Of a stretch of 36,135 bases of DNA, positions 18,559 to 27,656 are shown one piece after another. The number at the start of each line of letters is the position of its first letter. The stretch's first letter is position 1. A model generated the notes under the pieces. That model saw only the letters and a list, made by a program, of their open reading frames with translations. It was not told where the DNA came from and did not search any database. Both the position numbers and the translations under genes were made by a program. Location of the stretch: the IMG/VR virus record IMGVR_UViG_2563366968_000009; one strand, given 5' to 3'. Source of the stretch: a virus (lineage: Duplodnaviria > Heunggongvirae > Uroviricota > Caudoviricetes).

Positions 18559-18839
18559 TACGGTTTCCCCCTGCCCTTAAAACGGCGCTGAATGGCAATC
18601 TCAATCACCTGATAACCGGCGATACCCAGCATGGAGCCGATGCCGCACACCGCAGGCAGTGACAGGTCAGGAAACTGCACCAGAACAACACCGGCAACCA
18701 TCGAGACAAAACCACCGAGCAACATGCGCCCGATAAACAGACGCGGGGTGATGGGTTCACCACCGGCAAGCACCTTGCCGACAACAATCAGCACCCCAAT
18801 CATGAAAAGCGACAGGACGCTTTTTTCTTCTGCTGTCAT
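18558..18839 (-). CDS. Y: Holin gpY (93 aa)
   Basis: Small protein with TM segments and a charged C-terminus; length matches P2 Y. Confidence 0.85.
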   Translation of the reverse strand: MTAEEKSVLSLFMIGVLIVVGKVLAGGEPITPRLFIGRMLLGGFVSMVAGVVLVQFPDLSLPAVCGIGSMLGIAGYQVIEIAIQRRFKGRGKP

Positions 18840-18842
18840 GCG

Positions 18843-19046
18843 TTACTCCCACAGATTGACAGTTTCAGCCATGGGCGCGGTCTGAACGTCGGGCAGTTCG
18901 ACGGCGGTGCCGTGCGGCAGCACCGCACCCAGTTCAGCCAGTCCCGGATTTGCGGCGAGCACAGTCTCGACCACGCCCTCAGTGCGCCCGTAATACCGGA
19001 CACAAATGGCGTCGAGCGTGTCGCCCTGTAGCGCAAAGGTCTTCAT
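18843..19046 (-). CDS. X: Tail protein gpX (67 aa)
   Basis: MKTFALQGDTLDAICVRYYGRTEGVVETVLAANPGL... matches P2 X from memory (LysM-like). Start placed at the internal ATG; the track ORF is N-terminally extended. Confidence 0.8.
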   Translation of the reverse strand: MKTFALQGDTLDAICVRYYGRTEGVVETVLAANPGLAELGAVLPHGTAVELPDVQTAPMAETVNLWE

Positions 19047-19555
19047 CAGATTTGACTCACGATGCAGCGTGGCTTGTCCTGGATGCGCGCCACTGCCCAG
19101 CGCATATCCCGCCACAGTTCATCAATGGTGCTGTCAATGCTGTCGGCCTTCTTGTCGCCTTTCGCACTGGCATCCACGCCGCGATAACGCTCATAAAGCG
19201 ACGCGGTCGCCATCGCACACACGGCGCGCTCGTAGTAAAAAACTTTGATACTTTCACCGTCGATGTCGTCCGCCGGAACGTCCGCCAGACGCGTAAAACC
19301 GGCGGCAATTTTCTGTTCGCGGTACTCGTACAGCTCCGCATTTGTTTCCGCCATGCCTGACTTGATGGCCTCACGCAGACGGGCGGGGGCGACGGTCTGC
19401 TCAAGGCGCATACGTTCCCGGACGCGCTTCGGGTCGATATCGGGAAAAAAGAACGTGTTTTTAATCACCGGCTCGTCGCCTGCCGGTTGCGGGATGACCA
19501 CCGTACCCTCACCGGACACGGGAGCCTCCTTTCGCGGAATAATCAGCGTCATCAT
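19046..19555 (-). CDS. L: Capsid completion protein gpL (169 aa)
   Basis: MMTLIIPRKEAPVSGEGTVVIPQPAGDEPVIKNTFFFPDIDPKRVRERMR... matches P2 L from memory; start placed at the internal ATG. Confidence 0.8.
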   Translation of the reverse strand: MMTLIIPRKEAPVSGEGTVVIPQPAGDEPVIKNTFFFPDIDPKRVRERMRLEQTVAPARLREAIKSGMAETNAELYEYREQKIAAGFTRLADVPADDIDGESIKVFYYERAVCAMATASLYERYRGVDASAKGDKKADSIDSTIDELWRDMRWAVARIQDKPRCIVSQI

Positions 19556-19654
19556 GACTACCTCTGAAAAGTCGGGCGGTGGACGCCGGTGCAGTGTCAG
19601 GTGATTCACCCTCACTGACCGGCGTGCCGCCCTGGCGCGGGGCGCATTCGGTTG

Positions 19655-20398
19655 TTAACTGGCTTTCTTTTTCGGGCGTCCACGTTTTGCCGGTGTCACG
19701 CTCCGGGTCTTACGCGGGGTACGGGTGGCCGCTTTTGGCTGCGGCTCCGGCTTCGGTTTCAGCTCCCGCTCCAGTCGTTCAATCTCTTTTTTGACGCCTG
19801 CCTGACAGTCGAGCTGTGTCGCACGTTGCAGATGCGCCAGCGCCCCTGCGGCATCACCAGCGTCACGCAGAAACAGACCGGTGATTTTGTGCAGCTTTGC
19901 GCGCACTTCATCAGGCATGTCAGCTGTGGCGGTCAGTTCAAGGGTGTCCGTCAGCAGGCGGGGATCCACAGACTCACCGGCAGCGTGGGCGCGCATGGCC
20001 GCGAGCGCGACCTCCTCGGTGAACATGTACGGCGGGGTACGGCGGTGTTTACCCGGCATGGTCAGACCGTACTTCAGGGCATAACGGGCAATCTCCAGCG
20101 CACCGGCAATATCGCCGGTATCCAGACGCCACAGCATGACCGTCATCAGAATGTCATCCTGTGCGCCTTTGCCCTGCTCCAGCACGCCGTTCACCCACGG
20201 CAACCAGAACGGCAGCAGTTCGCGCTTTTTCGCGGCCTTCAGCTCTTTTGAATAAATCGCTTTCAGTGTGCGCTGGTCTGCGGCCAGCTTGACCAGCATC
20301 TGCTCATAGACAGTTGCATGTCGCAGCGGGGCGGCTTCCCGCTGCGCGGTCATCGCTGCCGAGACCCGCATCATGTGGCGCTGTGCGGGACTCGTCAT
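19655..20398 (-). CDS. M: Terminase small (endonuclease) subunit gpM (247 aa)
   Basis: Length and synteny match P2 M. Confidence 0.85.
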   Translation of the reverse strand: MTSPAQRHMMRVSAAMTAQREAAPLRHATVYEQMLVKLAADQRTLKAIYSKELKAAKKRELLPFWLPWVNGVLEQGKGAQDDILMTVMLWRLDTGDIAGALEIARYALKYGLTMPGKHRRTPPYMFTEEVALAAMRAHAAGESVDPRLLTDTLELTATADMPDEVRAKLHKITGLFLRDAGDAAGALAHLQRATQLDCQAGVKKEIERLERELKPKPEPQPKAATRTPRKTRSVTPAKRGRPKKKAS

Positions 20399-20401
20399 CG
20401 G

Positions 20402-21475
20402 TTACGCTCCCGGCTCTGCGGTCGCCTTAGCCGGTGTGGAGAAGTCACCGACCTTAATTTTTTCCACCAGACAACCGGCGGCGTAGTCTTCCACCACGTA
20501 ATCAATGTTCATTGACTCGTAGTTCTCCACGCGATCAAGTTTCGGGTTTTCCTCAATCACGCGGCGATGGCTGTCATCCATGTAGTAGATGGACAGGTTT
20601 TCCAGCTTCGTGATGAGCATCGCATCCGCCGGGAAGTACGGAACACGTACCGCCGGCAGATTACCGATGCGTTTCTGGCTGATGATGACGTCAGCGGCCA
20701 GCATTTCGCTGTTGTCCTGCTCCTTGTTGACGATGGGGAAATACTTGTCTGCCAGTAGCTGACGTCCCACAATCACCACAAGGTCAGGGTCTTCCTGATA
20801 CCACGGCTCAATCAGGTTGTTGGTCGCATCCATCACCAGTGCATCAAGGCTGGCATAATCACCGCCCTTGCCCACGCGGATAACCTCAGAGGTGGTGTGG
20901 CCTTCCTCGTCAGTGACCTTGCTCATCACGCGCGCCGGGGCTTCATTGCGGTATTTCTGCAGCCAGCCGACCGCCACATCCTGCAACATCGGATTGCTGC
21001 TGCGGTCAGAGGTTTCGGCACGCTTCACGCCGTTAAAACCGGCCATGATTAAATCAAGGGACTGGCGTTTGATAATGGCGTTACGGACACGGAGCTGGAA
21101 ATCCTGATAACGCGCCCACAGGTCAAGCGTTTTGTAGCGGATATAAAAATCGAAGTTAATCTGGTCGCATTCGTACTTGTTTGACGCCAGCTTCGAGAAG
21201 TCCTTCGGCTGACGCTCGGTGCCACCGGCGGTGTCGGTGGTGCTGGCGATGGAGCCGGTGACACCAATACCAATTTTTTCCCCTTTCATTTCGCTGACCG
21301 GCACAATGTTGATGCGGGTCAGAAAGTCAGAGGACTCCTGCATGGTGTTCATCAGGGTCTGGGTGACCGACGGTTCAACGGTGAATTTTTTCGACACATC
21401 ACCGGCGTCGATGCCGTTCAGTTCGGCAACACGGGACAGGTAGGCATTAAATTTAAAGCGGGTTTCCTGGCGCAT
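20402..21475 (-). CDS. N: Major capsid protein gpN (357 aa)
   Basis: Length and synteny match P2 N. Confidence 0.9.
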   Translation of the reverse strand: MRQETRFKFNAYLSRVAELNGIDAGDVSKKFTVEPSVTQTLMNTMQESSDFLTRINIVPVSEMKGEKIGIGVTGSIASTTDTAGGTERQPKDFSKLASNKYECDQINFDFYIRYKTLDLWARYQDFQLRVRNAIIKRQSLDLIMAGFNGVKRAETSDRSSNPMLQDVAVGWLQKYRNEAPARVMSKVTDEEGHTTSEVIRVGKGGDYASLDALVMDATNNLIEPWYQEDPDLVVIVGRQLLADKYFPIVNKEQDNSEMLAADVIISQKRIGNLPAVRVPYFPADAMLITKLENLSIYYMDDSHRRVIEENPKLDRVENYESMNIDYVVEDYAAGCLVEKIKVGDFSTPAKATAEPGA

Positions 21476-21533
21476 AGTTTTTCCTGAAATTAAGGGTTAA
21501 TCGTGAAGGTTTTCCCGGACTGACTGACGACGG

Positions 21534-22388
21534 TCAGCAGTTCGTCATCAGGGCATCACCGCCACCGCCGGTGGCCTTGCTGCGGCGCTGCTGGGTCAGA
21601 CTTTCGGTGTGGTCGAGACTGTTTTTCAGGCGGCTGAATGCCTGGCTGGTTTCATCCGCCCTGTCAGTCACCTCCTGCTTAAGTGCGGAAAAGGCGTTTT
21701 CCATCTCAGCGAGGCGCTGCTCAGTGGCGCTCAGTTTTTCCTGCACATGTTCAGCAACAGCGGTCACCGCTTCATGCACGTCATTCAGACGGGCGTCATC
21801 GCTGGCCTGTTTGCGGCCAAAAATGGATTTCACCTTTTCGGTCAGGGCGGTGAACACGGTTTCAGGCAGGTCTTCAAATTCCAGCTCAACGGGCGTTGCC
21901 ACTGAAATCAGATTTTCAGGGCTTAATTTGAAGCGGTTCAGAGGGTTGTGTTTTGCCGTGCGGCAGAATTCCAGATATTCCGTGCCGAGGCTTGCCGGGT
22001 CATCGGTGACGGCCAGCCCCACCAGATAACATTTGCCGGTGTTGGCAAAGTTCGGCTGAATTTCCATTGAGGTGTAGACCTTCTGCGCGGCCTTGTTCAT
22101 CGCGATAAGGTCATCGGTCGGGGTGATTTTCGCAAACAGCGCCCATTTGCCTTTCAGCGCCGAATCATCGTCAATCTTTTCGGCCTTCAGTTCGACCACA
22201 TCGCCATAACGCTTAAAAATACCGTCAGGCAGGATGCCGCGCAGATGTTCCAGGTTAATGCGGCAACCATAGACGCGCGGGTCAAAGGTTTCGGCCATTT
22301 CCTGAATATCCTGCGCACTGATGACACGCCCGTCACAGGTGTCACCCTCAACGCCGATACGAAAGAATTTTGAGACTTTTTTTGCCAT
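21534..22388 (-). CDS. O: Capsid scaffolding protein gpO (284 aa)
   Basis: MAKKVSKFFRIGVEGDTCDGRVISAQDIQEMAETFDPRVYGCRINLEH... matches P2 O from memory; start placed at the internal ATG (the track ORF is extended by 22 codons). Confidence 0.8.
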   Translation of the reverse strand: MAKKVSKFFRIGVEGDTCDGRVISAQDIQEMAETFDPRVYGCRINLEHLRGILPDGIFKRYGDVVELKAEKIDDDSALKGKWALFAKITPTDDLIAMNKAAQKVYTSMEIQPNFANTGKCYLVGLAVTDDPASLGTEYLEFCRTAKHNPLNRFKLSPENLISVATPVELEFEDLPETVFTALTEKVKSIFGRKQASDDARLNDVHEAVTAVAEHVQEKLSATEQRLAEMENAFSALKQEVTDRADETSQAFSRLKNSLDHTESLTQQRRSKATGGGGDALMTNC

Positions 22389-22561
22389 TGTCAGGAGTCC
22401 TGAATAGTGATTAGAGGAGTCACATGTCGGCATCAGTTTCCCGACGATGCGCATCCTCCGCCATCAGTCCCGGATGGCTTATCACTGACACAACAGCACC
22501 TTAGCGAATCGCAGGGCGCGACTCAGTAGCCTTGCCGTGTATTCATCACGGCGAGGTATTC

Positions 22562-24334
22562 ATGACCATCACCACAGACACCACTCTTTTACACGACCCG
22601 CGTCGTCAGGCGGCGCTGCTGTACTGGCAGGGGTTTTCCGTGCCGCAGATTGCCGCCATGTTGCAGATGAAACGCCCGACGGTGCAGAGCTGGAAACAGC
22701 GCGACGGCTGGGACAGCGTTGCCCCCATCAGCCGTGTCGAAATGAGTCTGGAAGCGCGGCTGACCCAGCTCATCATCAAACCGCAGAAAACCGGCGGTGA
22801 CTTCAAGGAAATTGACCTGCTGGGACGCCAGATTGAACGACTGGCACGGGTAAACCGCTACAGCCAGACCGGCAACGAGGCAGACCTTAATCCGAACGTC
22901 GCTAACCGCAACAAAGGCGGGCGTCGCAAACCGAAAAAGAATTTTTTCAGTGACGAGGCTATCGAAAAGCTGGAGCAGATTTTCTTTGAGCAGTCTTTCG
23001 ACTATCAGTTGCACTGGTATCGCGCCGGGCTTGAGCACCGCATCCGCGATATCCTGAAATCCCGCCAGATTGGCGCAACGTTTTATTTCTCCCGCGAGGC
23101 GCTGCTGCGTGCCCTGAAAACCGGTCATAACCAGATTTTTCTGTCGGCCAGTAAAACGCAGGCGTATGTGTTCCGTGAATACATCATCGCCTTTGCCCGT
23201 CTGGTTGACGTTGACCTGACCGGTGACCCGATTGTCCTGGGCAATAACGGCGCAAAACTGATTTTTCTCGGCACCAACTCCAACACCGCACAGAGCCATA
23301 ACGGCGACCTGTACGTCGACGAGATTTTCTGGATCCCGAATTTTCAGGTGCTGCGTAAGGTGGCATCTGGTATGGCCTCACAGAGTCACCTGCGCTCGAC
23401 CTATTTCTCCACCCCGTCCACGCTGGCGCACGACGCCTACCCGTTCTGGTCGGGTGAACTGTTTAACCGGGGACGCGCCAGCGCCGCTGAACGCGTGGAA
23501 ATCGACGTCAGTCATAACGCCCTTGCCGGTGGGCTTCTCTGTGCGGACGGCCAGTGGCGGCAGATTGTCACCATTGAGGACGCCCTGAAAGGCGGCTGCA
23601 CGCTCTTCGACATTGAGCAGCTTAAACGCGAAAACAGCGCCGACGATTTTAAAAACCTGTTCATGTGTGAATTTGTTGACGACAAGGCGTCGGTGTTCCC
23701 GTTCGAGGAGCTGCAACGCTGCATGGTCGACACGCTGGAAGAATGGGAAGACTATGCGCCGTTTGCCGCCAATCCGTTCGGCTCCCGCCCGGTATGGATT
23801 GGTTACGACCCGTCACACCGTGGCGACAGCGCCGGATGCGTGGTGCTGGCACCGCCGGTGGTGGCCGGAGGTAAATTCAGAATACTTGAGCGTCACCAGT
23901 GGAAAGGCATGGACTTTGCCACCCAGGCTGAATCCATCCGCAAACTCACCGAAAAATATAACGTCGAATACATCGGTATTGATGCCACCGGCCTCGGTGT
24001 CGGCGTGTTCCAGCTCGTGCGCTCGTTCTATCCTGCCGCGCGCGATATCCGCTACACGCCGGAAATGAAAACCGCAATGGTGCTCAAGGCAAAAGACGTT
24101 ATCCGCCGTGGCTGTCTGGAATATGACGTCAGCGCCACCGACATCACCAGCTCGTTCATGGCTATCCGCAAGACCATGACCAGCAGCGGACGCAGCGCCA
24201 CCTATGAGGCCAGCCGCAGCGAGGAAGCCAGCCACGCCGACCTCGCCTGGGCAACCATGCACGCCCTGTTAAATGAGCCACTCACCGCCGGTATCAGCAC
24301 CCCGCTGACATCCACCATTCTGGAGTTTTACTGA
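22562..24334 (+). CDS. P: Terminase large (ATPase) subunit gpP (about 590 aa)
   Basis: Divergently transcribed from O as in P2; start placed at MTITTDTTLLHDPRRQ... (the track ORF begins 10 codons upstream). TGATG overlap with Q. Confidence 0.8.
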   Translation: MTITTDTTLLHDPRRQAALLYWQGFSVPQIAAMLQMKRPTVQSWKQRDGWDSVAPISRVEMSLEARLTQLIIKPQKTGGDFKEIDLLGRQIERLARVNRYSQTGNEADLNPNVANRNKGGRRKPKKNFFSDEAIEKLEQIFFEQSFDYQLHWYRAGLEHRIRDILKSRQIGATFYFSREALLRALKTGHNQIFLSASKTQAYVFREYIIAFARLVDVDLTGDPIVLGNNGAKLIFLGTNSNTAQSHNGDLYVDEIFWIPNFQVLRKVASGMASQSHLRSTYFSTPSTLAHDAYPFWSGELFNRGRASAAERVEIDVSHNALAGGLLCADGQWRQIVTIEDALKGGCTLFDIEQLKRENSADDFKNLFMCEFVDDKASVFPFEELQRCMVDTLEEWEDYAPFAANPFGSRPVWIGYDPSHRGDSAGCVVLAPPVVAGGKFRILERHQWKGMDFATQAESIRKLTEKYNVEYIGIDATGLGVGVFQLVRSFYPAARDIRYTPEMKTAMVLKAKDVIRRGCLEYDVSATDITSSFMAIRKTMTSSGRSATYEASRSEEASHADLAWATMHALLNEPLTAGISTPLTSTILEFY

Positions 24335-25368
24335 TGAGTAAGAAAAAAGGGAAAACACCGCAGCCAGCGGTGAAAACAATGACCGCCAGCGCCCCGAAAA
24401 TGGAGGCATTCACCTTTGGTGAGCCGGTGCCGGTACTCGACCGCCGTGACATTCTGGATTACGTCGAGTGCATCAGTAACGGCAGATGGTATGAGCCACC
24501 GGTCAGCTTTACCGGTCTGGCAAAAAGCCTGCGTGCCGCCGTGCATCACAGCTCACCGATTTACGTCAAACGTAATATTCTGGCTTCAACGTTTATCCCG
24601 CATCCGTGGCTTTCCCAGCAGGATTTCAGCCGCTTTGTGCTGGATTTTCTGGTGTTCGGTAATGCGTTTCTGGAAAAGCGTTACAGCACCACCGGTAAGG
24701 TCATCAGACTGGAAACCTCACCGGCAAAATATACCCGCCGTGGTGTGGAAGAAGATATTTACTGGTGGGTGCCATCCTTCCATGAGCCGACACCTTTCGC
24801 GCCCGGCTCCGTGTTTCACCTGCTGGAGCCGGATATTAATCAGGAGCTGTACGGTCTGCCGGAATATCTCAGCGCCCTTAACTCTGCCTGGCTGAATGAA
24901 TCAGCCACGCTGTTCCGCCGCAAGTATTACGAAAATGGCGCTCATGCCGGATACATCATGTACGTCACCGATGCCGTGCAGGATCGCAACGATATCGAAA
25001 TGCTCCGCGAAAACATGGTGAAGTCGAAAGGCCGCAACAACTTTAAAAACCTGTTTCTCTATGCCCCGCAGGGGAAAGCTGACGGCATCAAAATTATCCC
25101 GCTCAGTGAAGTGGCGACAAAGGACGATTTTTTTAATATCAAAAAATCCAGCGCCGCTGACCTGCTGGACGCGCACCGCATCCCCTTTCAGTTGATGGGC
25201 GGCAAGCCGGAGAACGTCGGGTCGCTGGGCGATATTGAGAAAGTGGCAAAGGTCTTTGTCCGCAATGAGCTTATCCCGTTACAGGACAGGATTCGGGAAA
25301 TAAACGGCTGGCTCGGTCAGGAGGTCATCCGCTTTAAAAACTACTCACTGGACACTGACAACGGCTGA
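24334..25368 (+). CDS. Q: Portal protein gpQ (344 aa)
   Basis: Length and synteny match P2 Q. Confidence 0.9.
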   Translation: MSKKKGKTPQPAVKTMTASAPKMEAFTFGEPVPVLDRRDILDYVECISNGRWYEPPVSFTGLAKSLRAAVHHSSPIYVKRNILASTFIPHPWLSQQDFSRFVLDFLVFGNAFLEKRYSTTGKVIRLETSPAKYTRRGVEEDIYWWVPSFHEPTPFAPGSVFHLLEPDINQELYGLPEYLSALNSAWLNESATLFRRKYYENGAHAGYIMYVTDAVQDRNDIEMLRENMVKSKGRNNFKNLFLYAPQGKADGIKIIPLSEVATKDDFFNIKKSSAADLLDAHRIPFQLMGGKPENVGSLGDIEKVAKVFVRNELIPLQDRIREINGWLGQEVIRFKNYSLDTDNG

Positions 25369-25373
25369 ACATC

Positions 25374-25395
25374 GCCGCCTGCGGGCGGCTTTTTT
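25374..25395 (+). terminator. Rho-independent terminator after Q
   Basis: GCCGCC-TGCG-GGCGGC hairpin followed by TTTTTT, 6 bp after the Q stop codon. Confidence 0.7.
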
Positions 25396-25537
25396 ACACC
25401 CCGTCATCACGCCCTCACACGCTCACCACCGCACAAAACACCCCGCAGACACACCAACGCCTCAACGGGCAGACTAAGCGCGGTCACGACGCGCTCAGGC
25501 GCTGAAAAAATAAAATCAGCACCACCGCCTGCGCGCA

Positions 25538-25556
25538 GTGCTTTCCCCGCCTCGCC
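25538..25556. other. cos: cos site (19-nt cohesive end), reverse complement of GGCGAGGCGGGGAAAGCAC
   Basis: Plus-strand GTGCTTTCCCCGCCTCGCC is the reverse complement of the P2 cohesive-end sequence as I recall it; it lies just downstream of Q, where P2 cos is found. Confidence 0.7.
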
Positions 25557-25633
25557 CGCCCGCTTCATGGGTCGGTTTGAATGCAGTTGAATTACAACTA
25601 CCAAACCAAGCAATCCCTACTATTACGCAGAAA

Positions 25634-25680
25634 ATGCATACTGAAATACCTCGTGCAAATTGATGCAGCTAAGTATGCAT
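25634..25680 (-). terminator. Possible terminator or structured element 3' of the cargo gene
   Basis: 9-bp inverted repeat ATGCATACT (25634..25642) and AGTATGCAT (25672..25680) followed on the minus strand by UUUUCUG. A perfect 12-bp palindrome AACGTATACGTT (25695..25706) abuts the stop codon. The long loop makes this uncertain. Confidence 0.3.
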
Positions 25681-25707
25681 AGGTTTTATGCCTCAACGTA
25701 TACGTTA

Positions 25708-27540
25708 TCAAACAGAGCCCTGTTCAAATACAGTATCAAAATATGGTAGGAGAGGATAAGCACACAGAAAGAAAATCAGGATGCATGCATATGTCGTTGT
25801 TTCATCGTAACAAGCATTAGTATATAAATTACCATGTGCTAATTTATGTCTTAAGGTTGCCCCACTCTTTCTATTAAAAAGAACATCGATAGTTAAAACA
25901 AGATTCTTAGAAAAGATACTTTCCAAATCATCTCTGCATTTATCTAGAAGCTGAGAAATACTTGTTGACTCCTCTAATCCCTTATCCAAATATCTAGTAG
26001 CATCCTTTCCACTAAGCTCATAATAATAACGAACCATACCTTCCATTTGTGGTATTAAAAGATAAGCTGCACTGATGTAATCTCCCTGCCATAATTTGTA
26101 AAAGCCCAAATTAAAAATCTCCCTAAACTCCGGCTTGACAATTGGACTAGTTGTAACTAATTTAACGAATGTTGACAACGTCAAGCCATGTTCTTGAGAA
26201 AGTACATAGCGAGCAGGTTCAAAGACACCGTTTACAAAAATCTTATGAGTAATCTCGAAATTTCTTAGATATTGATCAATAACAACATCATCACTCATAT
26301 CTTTTTTATTATCCAACGGCGGGATTGTATATACCTTACGCCCACTCTCATCATTAATTTCTGTTCCAACAAAACTAGAGAATAAACTTTTTTCTGATAA
26401 TCTTAAAACTTGCTCCCTCATGCTTTCAATATTTTCAATCGGTGTTTCACGCATTAAAACTTTGAATATATCGGGCAAAGAACGCCCCGTCAGTTTTTTT
26501 TCACTTTCAGCAACCAAGTCACTAATATCAATAGAATGGCTTAAAGTGACATATTCACTCCTTACTTCTTCTCTCAAATTAGCAAGTTGTTCCTTTAAAT
26601 CTTCTATCTGTTGGCTATCACCACCGTACTGTCTTAATTCAGAGATAGCTGTTCTTAACCAAGAGATCTTACCCATATTATCAGGTCGATCTGTTGCAAC
26701 TTTAATAGTAATATTTGCAGATGCCAGTTTACATCTCTTGGCACGTTCATACTCACCATTTTTTTCATAAATAACTGCACTTGTCATATAAAGTGATTTT
26801 ACAGCATCATAATATTTTTTATCTTTATGCTGCTCAGCCATCTTCTCAGCATTTTCCGCATACTGCAGATTATACCCATCAAAATCACGCACCATAAACC
26901 AAGTCAAATTATTGAAACCTTCAAAGATTAATCTTTCATTTTGAATACTATAAAGAGAATGAATGGCATTTTTAATCGCCATGTTTCCTTCTGATTTTCT
27001 AGGGTAGACCATTTTATTAATGTGCAAAGCCCTAGCAATATAATCACGAGCAAAAATAAAGCAATTTAAATCACTTTCATCCATGCTTTCGTTTTTTATT
27101 ATTAGTTTTTCAATTGCTATATTTAGCATTTCAGCATAGGAATCAATTGCTTTAATTGCCACGTCTTTATTTTTCCGGTTATTACACCAAACAACATCAT
27201 ATATTCTTGATAACAAAAATGGATTGGTTATTTTTTGAGAAACATATAAAAGACAGTCATTCACCTGCTCATCAAAATCTTCAGGCAATATTGATCTTTT
27301 ATTACCCCAAATCATTTGGGGTTCAAATGATGGAGTGTTGTTAACAACTTGCAAATTGAAACTATATAGCATACCAAAAAGAGATGCTAATTTTTTCTCT
27401 TTGGGGTTTCCTGATGATTCAGCAATCCCATCCAGATATTTTTTTATTTTATGTGCATGAAATGTAACTGGTATATGCATAAAAACACTATAATCTAGTG
27501 TTTCAAGCTCTTCCCTTGTAAGAACAAAGATATCATTCAT
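25708..27540 (-). CDS. Large standalone protein (about 610 aa) with C-terminal HEPN-like R-x4-H motif; cargo at the tin/old position
   Basis: C-terminal ...NRKSGATLRHKLAHGNLY... contains R-x4-H. Start placed at the ATG at 27540 (MNDIFVLTREE...) with AAGGTG 6 nt upstream; the track ORF starts at an upstream TTG (27642). Visibly AT-rich; occupies the slot between cos and gene A. Confidence 0.6.
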   Translation of the reverse strand: MNDIFVLTREELETLDYSVFMHIPVTFHAHKIKKYLDGIAESSGNPKEKKLASLFGMLYSFNLQVVNNTPSFEPQMIWGNKRSILPEDFDEQVNDCLLYVSQKITNPFLLSRIYDVVWCNNRKNKDVAIKAIDSYAEMLNIAIEKLIIKNESMDESDLNCFIFARDYIARALHINKMVYPRKSEGNMAIKNAIHSLYSIQNERLIFEGFNNLTWFMVRDFDGYNLQYAENAEKMAEQHKDKKYYDAVKSLYMTSAVIYEKNGEYERAKRCKLASANITIKVATDRPDNMGKISWLRTAISELRQYGGDSQQIEDLKEQLANLREEVRSEYVTLSHSIDISDLVAESEKKLTGRSLPDIFKVLMRETPIENIESMREQVLRLSEKSLFSSFVGTEINDESGRKVYTIPPLDNKKDMSDDVVIDQYLRNFEITHKIFVNGVFEPARYVLSQEHGLTLSTFVKLVTTSPIVKPEFREIFNLGFYKLWQGDYISAAYLLIPQMEGMVRYYYELSGKDATRYLDKGLEESTSISQLLDKCRDDLESIFSKNLVLTIDVLFNRKSGATLRHKLAHGNLYTNACYDETTTYACILIFFLCAYPLLPYFDTVFEQGSV

Positions 27541-27656
27541 CGTTTTCACCTTTTTCAGTATAAATTTGCACACATTATTAGCAACATAATTATCAATAGT
27601 TAACACATGCAGATAAACAGCAATTTTACTATTATGCAACAAATTAAATCAGATGT

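Noticed and set aside
22589-23299. 236-aa minus-strand ORF inside terminase gene P
   Set aside because: Antisense to a conserved terminase ATPase gene; shadow ORF.
25407-25613. 68-aa minus-strand ORF spanning the cos site
   Set aside because: Overlaps the cos and Q-terminator region, is Ala/Gly/Arg-rich from GC-rich DNA, and has no Shine-Dalgarno; likely spurious.
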